NCBI GenBank assembly: GCA_051294905.1
Contig: CM119382.1
Span: 9,424,001-9,488,000, forward strand
From: Botryllus schlosseri
Taxonomy: Eukaryota
Length of the DNA: 64,000 nt
Direction of reading: 5' to 3'
Part shown: positions 29,022 through 44,000 of the stretch, in pieces
Position numbering within the stretch: position 1 is the stretch's first letter
Layout: each line of letters opens with the position of its first letter
Notes under the pieces: model-generated
What the model was told of the DNA's origin: nothing
The model's database searches: none
What the model saw: only the letters and a program-made list of their open reading frames with translations
Position numbers and translations under genes: made by a program

Positions 29022-32000
29022 AGGGAGCTGGTAGCTTAGACCCCGAAAGATTGAAAGAAAATCCATAAAGTTGTCAAAAATTCTGAAAATTTATCTGATT
29101 TCCAGAAATCGCATGGTAAGATATGTGGAAATATTTCAAATTCTGTCAGAAATACCAAAAGTTGGTAAATGTAAGCAACATCTGTGCGCATACGATAGTA
29201 CGACAAAGTTCTGGTAAATCTCATTCACAGCTCAGAGATCACTGTACTACCATATCTGCTTCACCCAAGTGTTATTCGAAAAATAATATCAAGGAGGTAA
29301 ACACAAGAAATGCGGTGACTGACAGCTTGACAGCGTTCAATAATTTCAATAAAAGCTTCAGAAGTAGTTTTGATTCAACATGCCAATTTACTGGCTAATC
29401 TCAGGTCAGGCATCTTCTGTACACGCTCGCACACAGAATATAAATTTTCAATAAAAACATTTCTGATCCCAGATGGATAGAGTATGGTGCAACGACTCTT
29501 GAAAATGCCGAAATTGGGATATAAAACCTACCTATCACTTGTACTTTGAAATCTGCAGACGCCTTCCCGTGCTTGTTTCCAGCGAAGATGCGGTAACATC
29601 CGGAGTAGGCGCGGAGTGGTTTTTGGATGAAAACTCTGAGCAAGCCGTCCGACTGGCGCAGGAAATTTTTATCGGCAGGCTCCACCGTGTTGTCATAAAC
29701 CTGCAGTTTAATTAGTTATCGAAGTTTTGAACCTTTCAAAGTGACAAATCATTGAGGGTGATGCAACACAAAATTTGAGACCATGAGAATAGGATTCATG
29801 AATTTCGTTCAAATATGGTCACAAATATATTTTATATCTTGAAACCAACCTTGTAAATAGCTATTGAGGGTCTTGGCGTTCCTTTCATGTCGACTGGTAT
29901 TGACAGGCAGGAAGAAGTCTTTGCTATGACGTTATCATTTGCGATGAATAGCGTAGGCGCGATGGCAAGATTCACAATGCCTTTCGTGTACGCATCTTTC
30001 TTTTTGGAGAAAGCCGCATATTTACCAACGTCCTTCACGTCAAATTCTGATACCACGAGGATGTGTTTTTTGCCCTGAAAAAACAGATATCACATACGGA
30101 ACGTGATGTAGTGGATACAGTCCATTGCATGAACACTGCAGTCTTTTACAGTTATCAATCTTATCATCTTCACATTGAATTTGATGCGCTGCATCCTCAC
30201 AGCAATCAATTACATTGACATTGCTACTTTCTGGTATTTCCTTGATCACATTTCTACAGATAAATCCACACATCATTTATTTACATAAATAATGCTCATA
30301 AATATGAGAATATTGACAACAGTGCACTAAATCTAAATACAAACAAATATAGATCACTCACATTTTCCAAAACTTTGATAGAGTGTCTGCGATCATCCTT
30401 TATAAGAACACCATCCAATGTCCATTCGATGTCATAGGCACTTTTATTGAGCTCACAAACCAGTTTCACATCGAGTCCAGGTTCGTAACTTGTATCGTAG
30501 AGTTTTTTGACGAATCGCAAAGGTGCCTGCGTCACTTTCAGTTCGGTTGAGCACGAATCATCGATCAAGCGGCAAGTGTATGTTTTCTATAGGAAAATTA
30601 ATGGATCATAGACATCCAATAAGCATGGGCCCGAAATACGGTGACAGCATACGGTAAAGGTCTGGAAATGACATAGTATTAGAGCTACCACTATAATCCC
30701 AATTGGCAGTGGTGTCAAGTTAACCCAGGTTCACCACAGAATATATGCAAAAGTGTTGGAGAATTACCTAAGCTAAAAATCACCACCAAAACTACAGAAA
30801 GGAAAACTTAACAATTGATTACTTCATAATCATTAATTTAATAATCATTTCATCATTTCTAAAGGCCCCAATATTGTGATACATTGAAAAGATATCAAGC
30901 AGTCGACTTGGAGTAGTCTTTTAATCAGACACCCACATCAAGATCAAATTAGGTTTTTTAATGGACCGCCTCCAATCAATCTCTTTTAAAAATGCTGCTT
31001 AGACTCCAGCAAATATTTGGATGAAAATAGGTATTATCGGAGTCTGAAATGCTATACTTCTAACAATGGCGGGAAATTAAATTCTTGTCAGCTGGTTCTA
31101 TTGTAAAAGTCTAATCTTTCAAGCAGCTTTGCTATTAAAAGTGATAGAAAGTAACAGGTACAAACCGATACAAAACAGGTGAATCTGTCCACTGACATTT
31201 ATCCCCACTAGATCCAATTATCAGTGGGGAATAAAGCCACCAACCTCATCGAATCCAATTTGGACATCTTCGATGATAAGCGATCTTGTAAATCCCGAGG
31301 CGACAGCCTGAATTCGACTCTCCTCATTCAGACTGGAAATCGATTTTCCGTCGACAAACCATTCAACGATAGCTCCCTTTGACGACACTTGCAATGACAA
31401 AATAGCGCGAGACACCTCTTCTACAACAGTGACTTTGCTGAGCCGTGACACAAATTTCGGGAGCGCTTCAAACACGAGAAGGCGAGCATACGCTCGGCAA
31501 TCGACAACCTGATATCGGAAAAAGCAGTGAGAGTGTGAAACGTTAGTAATGTGAAAAATCTTCATATCTTCTCAGAGATCGGTTATGGATTTATTGATGT
31601 TACACGGACTGAAGCGGATATAGGCCTATGCTGTGAAGTTGTATCACATTTTCAAGTAGAAATAGCATCTTTCAAGACAGGCAAAACCAGCTTCAGACCT
31701 TTAATATGTTATCATGAACCTGTATCACCAAAGCGGACTCATAAATAGTACTACTTGATGGTGTCATTCAAAACTATTTTCATTGATCATGTTATACGGG
31801 CTAAACTGGTTAGTGTTTATGTTCAATTGAGTATTAACAATGATGGAAATTTATCTATTTTACACTTGATACATACCTTAAGCCGTACTGAATGTAGTCT
31901 AATATCAAAACCACTTCATTGTTCAGTGAAGGAAAACGCTATCTAATTAAATCAGTACTCAGAACAGATAGAAGTATTATATTATTCACCACTGCCGAAA

Positions 32001-35000
32001 ATGGTGCCCACAATTTCTTACCGAGTAACACAAACATTGTCATCAATTTATATTGGAGAGGTGGACTGAAAAATGTGTTATGCAAACTAAATTTCTAATG
32101 GGCCTATGGTAGGTTCGTAAATTGCAAATCATACATACCTGGGAAGTAATAACAGAGCAATCATCCCGCAAAGTACATCCCTTTATTCGGAGAACATACT
32201 CTCTGTCACTGTTTTCCATTGTGATATCCTCGCAAGGAAACATTTCTATGCCGTTTTTGTACCAGGTTACCTAAAACAATGCAATAATGATAGTTCACAA
32301 CCGTGAATACCAGTGTTACTAATCAGGTCTTTGGTCTGACCCGACCGGGGATTGAACCCACGACCTACCGATCAAGAAGCCGGACGCTTCACCATTACGC
32401 TATCTTTTCGGCAATAGTGTGGGAATACTTACTTTCACACCGGCTTTGTTTGTGATGCATGAATATATCGCCATCTCCCCTTGCCGTATACTAGCATCCT
32501 TGGGCGGGACATCAAAGCTGATAGGCACAACTTTAATGACAGCGGATAACGTTGCATCTCCGCATATCGCATTCAGCTCTCCATTGTGACACAGATCCGC
32601 TTTACTGATCCGCAAGGCTCGATTTTTTCCTTCAGAACTCAGTTCGAAAGCCCCGTCATTTTCCAGCGGCATCCCGTTCAAATGCCACATAACCGGGTAT
32701 TTTTCCTTGCTCACGGTGCAATTGAGACGTATTTCGTCTCCAATGCAACACCAAACGTCGCCGATGATAGATGTAAAGCTGGCCGGTAATTCTGAAATGA
32801 ATTGTACGCTTTTGAATCCTAGAATAATCAAAGAAAATTTCAAATAACTCCGCTTCTACTAGTTGGAATTGAGTGAAATTTGTTTTGCATCGCGTTTGAA
32901 GACAGCTCAACAATAAATTAAAAATTTTTATTGGATCTGTGAGGTCTTATACTTGTTAGAATTGAACCAAATTTGATGTGCAGCGTTTTTTAGGGTAACC
33001 TGACAATTTATTCAGTGATTGACTGGAATCAAGAAAAAAAAAGTTATTTTTGAACAACCATATTGTGTATGCATAATAATTTAGTGACAAGAGTCCGAAC
33101 ATTCATTCAATACCTTGCACCGATAACGTTGCACTGGTTGAAGTGTCTTCACCACACACTCTGTTTGTATAGCAACCAGCCTGGTGGAGTTGTACATCAT
33201 GCAAAACCAAGCGACGTAGCACTCCATCAGAATGGACATCAACGGTCGCGCCAGATTCAATGATTTTTCCATCTTTCAGCCATTCCACCTACAAACAATA
33301 CATTAGTCAATCACATTATATTCGTGGGATTGTATGGTATGAATTTACATACCACAACATTCGGACGGGACACTTCACATTCCAACAATGTGCTCTCAAA
33401 TTCGGTGCATGTAACATCAGAGAGAGTTGAAGCATAAAAAGCAGGCGGCCAATCCACCCACAACTTGGCACTTGTCTCATCATCACCAATGCAGCATGAA
33501 ATAGTATTTCTAAGAACAAAACGACAGTAGTGAGTGATCGAATTGAGATAAACTAAAATATTTAATGTGAAAATTTAAAGCAATTTAATCATAGTTAGTT
33601 ATGAGGATGTGTCCTTACTACTGTATATCAGCAGATGATCTAGTTCAGCGGTTCTCAAATTTTTTTGACACACCCCCTCGATGATGGCGAAAAATTTCAG
33701 GCGGCTTCGTGCCTCCCCTCAAATGCTTTCACGGCCCCCCATTTTGAGAACCACCGATCTAGATGGAAATACACCAACTATAATCCACTTATCCGTGAAC
33801 AAAGTTACTGCTATAGAATGCGCCAAATTAAAGTGACTCAGGTTTTTTACTGTACATTCATGATCATTACTCCATTGAGATCGACAATGAAATCACAAAT
33901 TCACACAAGTAACCAATTGAGTCGCAACTTATCAGTGAGAAACACTGTCTTTTCCATGCCCTATATGGTAGCAGTAAGAGTAGTACCTATCTTCCTCATT
34001 ACAGTCGTTGATAACCAATGTTCTAGTCTTGAAATACTGAGCCATCGCATATTTGGAGGATGGGACCAACTCCACGCCTTGTTTGCCCCCGCTGTACCAG
34101 GTAACCTGCTGATCTCTCGGAGAGACAACACAAGAAAACGTGGCGACACCGAGATGCGGGATCGATACGTCTTTGATACCCTCCAGAAATCCACACGGGG
34201 CAGCTGCGTAATAATTTGAATCAAAATTCCATTTCTACGCATTGTCGAATACTGCAAAATACCTTTGACAAGGAGATCGGCAGTGCATTTCGCGTATCTA
34301 GCCACAGCTAGAAAGGTACCAGCGTTGGACATACTGCACCAAGGTATTGTCAGCGTTCTCTTGAATCCATCCGAGTTCACAACCATGTTCTCCCCGATCT
34401 CAACTGGTTCGCCGTTACAGTACCACTCGACAGGAATATCTTCGGATATTTCACACTCAAAGGTGACAGGATCTTTTTCGAAACTTTCCAGATTTTTGAG
34501 GGTTTTGAGAAATTTCACACCATCTGTAACAACGCGGGTGTCAATGATTACCAGACATGGAACAGTTGTATAGTTCTTACTTCAGCAAAGTGGTAGCTAT
34601 TGGGTGCATTTATATCATAGGGAAAGTAGCACATATCGCCAAACATCTCTATGTCAATATAAGAAATGTCAGAGGTAATATCATCAACTACTACACAATT
34701 TAAGAATACATAAGTCGATACAAATATCATTCTAGACTAAATTTTCGGGGATATTTGGCAAAGTTAGGTTGGAATTTCGGAGAAAATAAACTGTTAGTCT
34801 TATCTCGTCCATTGACATGACTGCTGGTTTTTCAGTAGCAATCATATGCGAGAGATATTGCATTTCTGAATGGTATTCAGAGCCGGAGTGGAGTATAATT
34901 GGGGAACATTACAGGTTATGATAATGCTACTGTAGATCAAAAAGATACAACAATGCCACAGGGAACATCCCAAGTTGTGATATGCTAAATTCACTTTTGC

Positions 35001-38000
35001 CCATGCTGATTGTTGTATAGTTGTCGACAAGTGCACCTAAAACATACTTTCATATGAACTCACCTTTTACCGACAGCGTTCCCTTGGTACTTCCTGTTTC
35101 ACATTTGCACGAGTATGACCCTGCATCCTTTCTCGTGACATTTTTTATGACCAGACTTCTGCTTTTTCCGGTGGAAACAAATTCGTATTTTCCAGAAGCA
35201 GTCGTCAATTCCTTGCCGTCACGATACCACTTTACTTGCCCCGATATACTAGAATGTAAACAGGTCACGATTACATATCCTGCAAAGAGCTATTCGTGAA
35301 ATAAATCGCAAGGTTCACTAACCGATCTAAAGTGCATGCCATGGTCGTTGATGGCTGCCCATCTTCGGCGGTAGTATCACAAATGGGTTCCGCAATCTTT
35401 GCAGGTTTTTCTTTGACTGTCACTTCGCACGAAGAAGTAGCCTTGCGTATTTTGCATTCATACTCCCCTTCATCTTGAGGCTGAGATTTTCACAGAAGGG
35501 TGATAAAAAATCGTATAAATCGGAGAATAGATTACTATTCAAAGTGTCTTCACGCCCCTACAATGATACAGAATTCGGGCTACAATAAATAATACCCGGC
35601 AATCTCAACAAAATCATTCTGAAAAGAAAAACAAGTATAATATATGAGAAACGAAAACTAGGAACTAAGTATAATGTTATAGCTATTATAACCTCTGTTA
35701 TATTCAAAAAAGTGATACTCTCCATTATTTACCTTGCAGTTTTTGATGACCATGTGCACATTCTTTCCATCATGACCAAACGCGAATTTTTCGGAGGCCT
35801 CCAAAAGATGTTTGTTGTATGTCCATTGGACCTTTACATCCTTTGCGGTGTTGATCGTGCATGATAAAGTAGCATCAGTTTCTTCCAATGCCTTCACGGA
35901 TTTCAATGGTTTGGTGAAAGAAACTTCCAACTCTAGATGTTAAGTTGCAATTATAGTTAAGGTGCTCAATCTTATCAAGCACAATCTGTCATACCGAGGG
36001 AAAAGTTGGGTTCTCAATTAAGTCTTAATATAAACAGTAGGGTTGTCCAAAATTTGGAAAATCTTACAAATCCTCCGTTGTAATGTCTTAATCTATAGAT
36101 TATTGATAAAAAACGACACTGGGCCTAAAAGAAGCTCACAGGAAGGCCGTTAAGATTTCGTGCAAAGCGTTTGAAAGTAGCTGCCGAAGAATGGGCGTGC
36201 CACCGACCATCGAACGGCGAGAAGACTAGTAATCACGAAACCACGGCTCTTGATTGGCTGATCGGCTATGCTTCAATGACCACGGCTGCTGCAGCTTGCT
36301 GATTATGTGATCAAGGAGTCTGCTACCGGCGGCGATTCTGAAAGCGCATTGTATGTAGGTTTACAATTAATGATTTAGGATTGATTCAGGGTATGTTGAG
36401 GTACGAAATACATGATGAACAAACAACAGCTGCTTCACAAAAATGTCTAAAGCATGACCGGTTTAATGTGAGGGACACCGACGTAGCCTATATGCCTTGT
36501 TTTCAACGAGGGAAAGCATAGGCGCTTATACAAGTGGCGACGGATTCCAAGTTTCAGAAAGGATCTATCATTATTGAATACAAATATAAAACTTAACAAT
36601 GACACTACTTTGTCTGTGTGATCTTATTGGGCTCAGGTTGTAGTACATAGTTGAAGTTTTGAAAGCTCTAAGGATCGGCTGAATCAGCGGGTTATGCTTG
36701 GCACTTATCAGATGCTTACATCAAATTGTATTCACTTGCAAGTCTTGTCAAAGTCCTTAATGCTGACGCGGAAAAGGGGTGTAAAAGTAAGCACATACTA
36801 TGCTTGATATGATATGTCAAAGTCCTTAATAATCGTGCAGAAAAGGAGTGTAAAGGTAAGCACAGACAACGATGCATAGTGCACAGTATCCAGCATAGTT
36901 TGTATATCATATCAATCATAGTCTGTGCTTACATTTACACCTCGTTTCTGCGGCATCATTAGGGACTTTGAAAACACTTACAGTTGAATTCAATTTGCTG
37001 TTAACATCTGATAAGTGCCAAGCTTAACTGTCTGATTCAGCCGATCCCTAGAGCATTCAAAACTGCAACTATGTACTACAACCTGAGCCCAATAAGATCA
37101 CACAAATTATATTGTCATTGTTAAGCTTTATATTTGTATTCAATAATGATATATCCTTTCTGAAACCAGGAATCCGTCGCCACTTGGATAAACGCCAATG
37201 CTCTCCGTCGTTGAAAACAAGGCATATAGGCTACGGCGGTGTCCTTCACATTAAAGCGGTCATGCTTTAGACGTATTTGTGAAGCAGATGTTGTTTGTTC
37301 ATCATGTATTTCGTACCTCAACATACCCTGAATCAATCCTAAATCATTAACTGTCAACCTACATACAATGCGCTTTCAAAATCGCCGCCGGTAGCAGACT
37401 CCTTGATCACATAATCAGCAAGCTGCTGCTGCCGTGGTCATTGAAGCATAGCCGATCAGCCAATCAAGAGCCGTGGTTTCGTGATTACTAGTCTTCTCGC
37501 CGTTCGATGGTCGGTGGCACGCCCATTCTTTGGCAGCTACTTTCAAACGCTTTGCACGAAATCTTAACGGCCTTCCTGTGAGCTTCTTTTAGGCCCAGTG
37601 TCGTTTTTTATCAATAATCTATAGAATAACACATTACAACGGGGGATTTGTAAGATTTTCCAAATTTTGGACAACCCTAATAAACAGTCACTAGTCAGTA
37701 AATACTAGATTAGATAATTGTAATCTCATATCATTCACTCACTCACTCGCATGACTAGCATATATATCAAACTTTTATGCGCTGTCCAAGTTTATTGTGA
37801 ATATTTCAATTATCAGTTTTTCAATGTTTATATTCATTTCGGACAATGTCCACTCTCCATAGCTCTTTTAGGACTAAATTCCAATGCATATTTTACCGTT
37901 ATTGTAGACCAGTGATTCTTAACCTTTTCTCTTCCCACTTTCAGAAATTCTTAAGGTCTGCCTCCCCCTCCCCTTCAAGCCTATCGGATTCGAGCCCAAT

Positions 38001-41000
38001 GTATACACCCCGATTTCAATCTCACATTCCCATTTCATTTGTAGCTCTTGAATACCACATTTAGTTAATCATTGTGGCCAGGAAGATTCGATGCATGACT
38101 ACTGTACAAATGTCTCAGACTCTTTAAAATGCAATAGAACTTCTGATTCTTATGTGCAGTGTGCTGCAAGATACAATACCACGTTTCAGACATTTAGCTG
38201 GTTTAACCGCTGTCTAGTGTGATGGAACTGTGTTCATACAGACTTTGCAATCTAGAAGTAGTGTACACGGAGCATAAAACCCACAATATATACGACAATT
38301 TTTGATATTCAATGAATTTTGTCGAACATAAATTTGTAAATGATATCCGGGACATATAGAACTATAGTTTTACTATAGCCCTTTGTATCCCCATGAGAAC
38401 TAGTACACCTTCTATACTGCTACGCCATTTGTCTTGGGCGCCACCATAGCAACCACCCCACCCCCACCCCATGTTGTTCCCTAAGCATTCGGCCCCCTTC
38501 GAAATTCATATCACCCCCAGGGGGCGCTGGCGACAAGGTTAAGAACCACTGTTGCAGACCAATATTATTGGTGTTTGTGTAATTGACTTCACAGCGTTCT
38601 TTTAAATACAACAAGCATGAATCTCACCCTTCACTGTGAGTTTACATGTGGTTTTGGAGTCCACACCATCGCAAGTCCATTCGGTATCATCAGATAGATC
38701 GGTTTTTTGAATAGTCAAAGTGCGCTTTATCCCAGAACCACCAGTCTCAAACCTAAAAATAACTTAAAATATAAAAAAGGAACAGCAAGTACTAAACTAC
38801 TAGAAGTAATTCAGGATCACGGAAACGTTGTTTGAACTGATCTGAAAAGTCTTACTTTTCATTATCAACAATCTTCATATTCGCCTTCCACCAAAACACT
38901 TCAGCATTGGGTCGGCTGACTTCACATTCCAACACAACTCTATCCATCTCTTCACAACTCCTGGACTTGAGGGCTTTTGGGAATTTTACCGGAGGTTCTA
39001 GCAAACAATATCCAAACAATTTATGAAGTATTCAACAGCGGGAAAGTACCGTTCATGGCTCACCTTTCACTAAGAGTTTGGCTTTTGATTCTGCCTTTTT
39101 CGACACAAACCTAATTTCTGAAGAATCCGACAGCTGACAGTCGTGTAATTTCAAAGTGTGACGCACGCCATCCTCCAGCATCTCAACCATTTTACCCCTC
39201 TTCAATTTCTTTCCATCTACCAACCCGAACAAATTAGTCATGATTTTTATAGTCGTAAAAGCTCTACACCAGTTACCTTTTAACCAGAAGTATGGTATAT
39301 CATCATAATTGGTAGTCACAGAAAATTCAGCGGTATATTTCTCTACCACTGTGTTGTCGCAAAGCTGCTTCACTATTTTCACAGAGTACTCTGAATATAA
39401 CATAAGCATTGTTTGTTATTGTTTGTCGTGTTATTTGCATTCTTTTACCTTCGACGTAGAACATTGCAGCACATTTCTCCTCTTCGGCATGAGCGGATAT
39501 GGCCGTTGCGTCGTCATCGAGACAAGCATTGTGGAACACAAGCCAGTGTACGTAACCTTGCGATCCAAAGTCGATGTTTTTGGTCCTGGCCATTTTAGCG
39601 CCGTTTTTATGCCAGTTCACTTCCACGTCTTTGTGCGAGAGGGTGATTTCAAATCTTGCTTCGTCGCGCTCTGTCACCTTCAATTCCTTTAGGGGCTGCA
39701 CGAATTTGATTTCACGTGCTGGAAAAAAATTCGATGATGAGATTTCTGAATCCAGCTTATCTCCAGAGATGTCAAGTCAGCATGATAAAATGCATCATTG
39801 AATAATCGAATAAGAAGCTTAGAGGCAGTCATCATCCCGTAGACTGTAAACACATTTCTGGTAGTTTCTGGGCCTGTTTGATGGAACCGAAAACCTTTAC
39901 GCATCATAGAAAAAATGGGTAATATCATCACTAGGGCGATTTTTTTACCTAAGAAACGCAAGATTTTGACCTAAAAAATCAAAATTTTGACATTTTTTAT
40001 CTTAAAAATATCAATTTTGACCAAATTTGACCTAACGTATGCAAATTAGGTGTTTTCCCACATAATGTAAGAATTGTACTGCTTATCTACATTTTTGGTT
40101 GGAACTGTCTGTCCTTACAAAGTAGTCTGACCTGAGAAAATACTTTTTTGCCTCAAAAACTGACACATTTTTACAAGCAAAAGCTTCATTTTAAAGAAAT
40201 CTGGCCCTATGAAGAATTCGAATAGTTACATTACACATTATGGTAGAAATAATTAAAAAAATTTGTAGTACAACGAAAGATACTTTCCTACATTCTCGAG
40301 TAGAATGTGTCTGTCAAGTTAGTGGTCTTTAAGGGAGCTTTGCGACCTTCGCCTTACAGAAACTTCAATAGAACTACTTATAAATAACGAATGTAAAAAA
40401 GGTAGCACTGAATGTTGCCTATATTAAATTTGAGTTGCATACATTAATTGAATTCAGGGTTAGTTTCGATTTTTGAGGGTACACCAGTTCGCAACAATTT
40501 CTTTAAAGTTTTACCGGTCCACGAGGTCAAAAAAGTTGAGAACCACTGCATTACAGTATACAATTATTAAAAAGTAAGTTGTTTTGTCCCGTAGAAGTGA
40601 AAGTCGTTTGAAAATATAACTACTTGAGTAAGTACTGCAAGTAGGCAAAACATACTTGAGTGCTCTAAAAAAGAAGCGCACCCAAGAACTTCATCATCCG
40701 TTCAATATTTCTAACTCAGTCATTAATATTATGTACTCGTAAAATCGACTGATGATATCAACTTACGCTGAACTGTTAGCTTTCCGTAAGTTCTCGAGTC
40801 GTCTGCGTCGCACACGTATTTCTTCTCGTCTTCGAAAGTACAATTACGCAGGACTAGAATTCTCTGACACCCGTCCGCGATGACCGAGTGTTTCTCCGAT
40901 TCTTGCACCAAAGTGCGTCCTTTGTACCAACGCACTTGCGCGTTAGGCCGAGAAACCTAACATGATAATGTGTCAAATCTACGGAGATACTGAATGCGCA

Positions 41001-44000
41001 GCAACATGATGTAGGCCAATATGAATTAAAATTGCAACTCGAAGCTATAGCAAAGTGATTATCCAGTCTACTGCAGCTGTATGGAGTAATTTGATATATA
41101 TATTGCGCATTGCACTATAACAGTGAATTGCCATAGTGTAGATGCAAGAGCACAGGACGAGACAGATTAGTTATGGAACACAGGCAATATGTCTTTATCA
41201 AACATCAGACTATTTTGGCTGCAGAGGTGGTCAGTAACGAAGTACTTCTACTTTTTAAAGTACTTGAAGTAGATTTTGCCTACTAGCACTACTTATTAAG
41301 TAGTTATGATTTTAGACTACTTCTACTTCTACTTGACAGTTTTCAGTTTTTTAGGCAAAAACATACGTAGAATACCTACTTACTTGTGAACCGCCACTCC
41401 TACTTCTACTTGAGTAGAAATTCCTGCGTTACTTCTACTTCTACTTGAGTAGCGACGGTGACTACTTTGACCACCTCTGGTTGGCTGCCACTAGTTCATA
41501 TTAGGAATACTCTCAACTTTTATACGATTCAATATGATAGTTATGATATTGAATTTTAAATACATATAAAGTGACGATGAGTGATGATTTTTTTCAGATA
41601 CTGAACTGATACGCCCTTTTTCACTAAGAATTATACTATGTTAACTAGATTTATAGGTGTCAATTCAGTTCATTATTAAAATTTCATGATTTCAAAACAC
41701 CACAAGACATAGAATGAAAAGATAGGAAGGTGTCGAAACGATTTAGAGTAGTCTTTGAGATCAGACACCCATCCCATAGTGACATTTCTTTCCGTAGTTG
41801 AATGCTTTAAACCTCAATAGATCGCTTGTAAGCATCCAAAACGTAGTACAAAGCTATGCACAATCGCTAAAATAGCATTTCTGCATGTTTCAAGTGGTGA
41901 TCAGCCCACAGTATTGTCAGTTTAGTGTGCAATGGCATAGGTATGGTCGGAAAATTACCAAATAATATTGAAGTGGTGGAGAACTGGCATAATATTCTTT
42001 CTGGTCGAATATTTAAACTTAGCACATCATCCATACTTCTATGACATCACGATGGGAGACAATCAAATAATAATCGGCTAGTCTCAAAGATTAATACTCA
42101 GCATCAAATTTCTCTGGCGCTTGATTTTTTCCTACCATAAAAAAATGACAATAGTACTACAAATATCAGTACATTCTTGAAATGTGTTGGAATAAATCAG
42201 TACACTAACCTGACATTCGAATCTGGCATCGGACAATTCCTCCACAATAACATCCTTCAATCCTCCTACGAATTCCACAGGGGGTTCGAGAACTTCCAGT
42301 CGCGCATCGGAGGTCGCACTGCCGGCTTTGATTTTAACATGCCCTGATTGACTCGCGGTAAGATGATACAGCGTCATTCTGTGTTTTCGCCCGATACTTT
42401 CAAATCTAAATGTTCCATATTATGGTATTTTCATAAATTTTCACTTACTTGAAGATTTGATAGGCCGATATTGAATATAATCATTTCATCGAAATAGGTC
42501 TAATTGCAGAGGTGGTCAGTTACAAAGTCCATGGTGATTGCATACATATATGAAACATACCCTGTTGGTAGTGTCATTGGCATAATGATTTTTTTGAACG
42601 AAAAATAAAAATTTTGACGTTTTTGACGTTAAACAACTTGATTTTGACAAAATTTTGACCTTATGTTTGTAAATTAGACGATTTCACACATAATATTCGA
42701 ATTCTCTACTTGTTGCTGACGATTACCCCTGACGAGTGTCAGCCGAAAATATTCGGGTTCATTTCAATATGAATATACTATTCAATTGAATATCCGAATT
42801 GTACTACTTATCTTCATTTCTGGTTGGAACTGTCTTCCCTTACAAATGGGTTTGGCCTGAAAAAACTTTTTGACTTGAAAACTGACAGATTTTTTGATGA
42901 AAATATTTAATTTTAACGAAATCTGGACCTAGGAAGATTTCCAGTAGTTACATCACGCATTATGGCAGAAATAATTAAAATTTGTTGTAGTACAACAAAA
43001 GATACTTTCCTTCATTCTTGGTTAGAAAGTGTCTGTCCTTACTAAGTAGCTTGCCAAGAATGGAGAAAGAACGTTGTTGGCTGGCAACACTGAACTTGTG
43101 TGTACACTGCTGATGACACAACGTGTTGCTTCATTATAGCAATGTTGTCTACATCACAATTTTTCATCATGCGCTTCGTGATATATAAACCAATGCCCAT
43201 GCAGTCTTGCTTCAGTTAGGGTATTGCGGCACGTTGAGCATAACACCATGTCAACCTATTTGTTTCATTTGACCGTTTATGATTCACAATGAGCAGACGA
43301 TGGTCTACAACGGTAGGCCTAAAACGAGGCTACAAGATTTGAAATGTCAAGTGATAAGTTCACCGACACTGCAAACATCATCGATACAAACAAAATGCAG
43401 GTTGCAAAATAATTTTGACTCTGCAAACAATTTTGACAAAATTTCGACTTTTTTGTAATGTAAAAAATTCGCCCTAGTCAATAGACATTTGGTGTTTGTG
43501 GCAAGTATTTCAATATGAATATACTATTCAATTGTATATTGCATTTCTGTATCTTCAAGAAGCTCTTCAAAGTTTAATAGTTAAATAAGATTATTCCACA
43601 ATTCGTTAGTTGCCGATGGCGACTTACTTGACATTATCAGATGCAGTAAATAATTTGTCGTTGAGATACCATGTAACTGGCACATCATTATGAGAGACCT
43701 CACACTCAAAAGTAACATTGGTATCCTCGGGAACTTCTGTTTCTCGCAATCCTTGTCGGATCTTAACACCACGTTCTGAAACGAACAATGTTTGAGTAAA
43801 TCTACTACTAATGATCAAAGGCATTACGAAGAGAAAGAGAAGGTAACCAATTTTTGATTTCACTTCTTGCCAGCAAAACTATAGCAGTCGTGAAGTCAGT
43901 TAAGTGATTATCACAGAATGCCCAAGATTTTTCGAAGGAATTTCTCATAACGATATATGCCGAGAGATAATATGCCAAGTTACCATCAATTATAAGGTTG

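Larger units (their letters stand above)
42590..43476. mobile_element. TAGGGCGA hAT-type family, copy with right TIR and nested hammerhead repeat
   Basis: Ends AAAAAATTCGCCCTA. Confidence 0.68.

Noticed and set aside
32310-32404. tRNA gene (Arg/Lys-like)
   Set aside because: A and B boxes are present, but there is no acceptor stem or T-run terminator and it continues into a SINE-type body.
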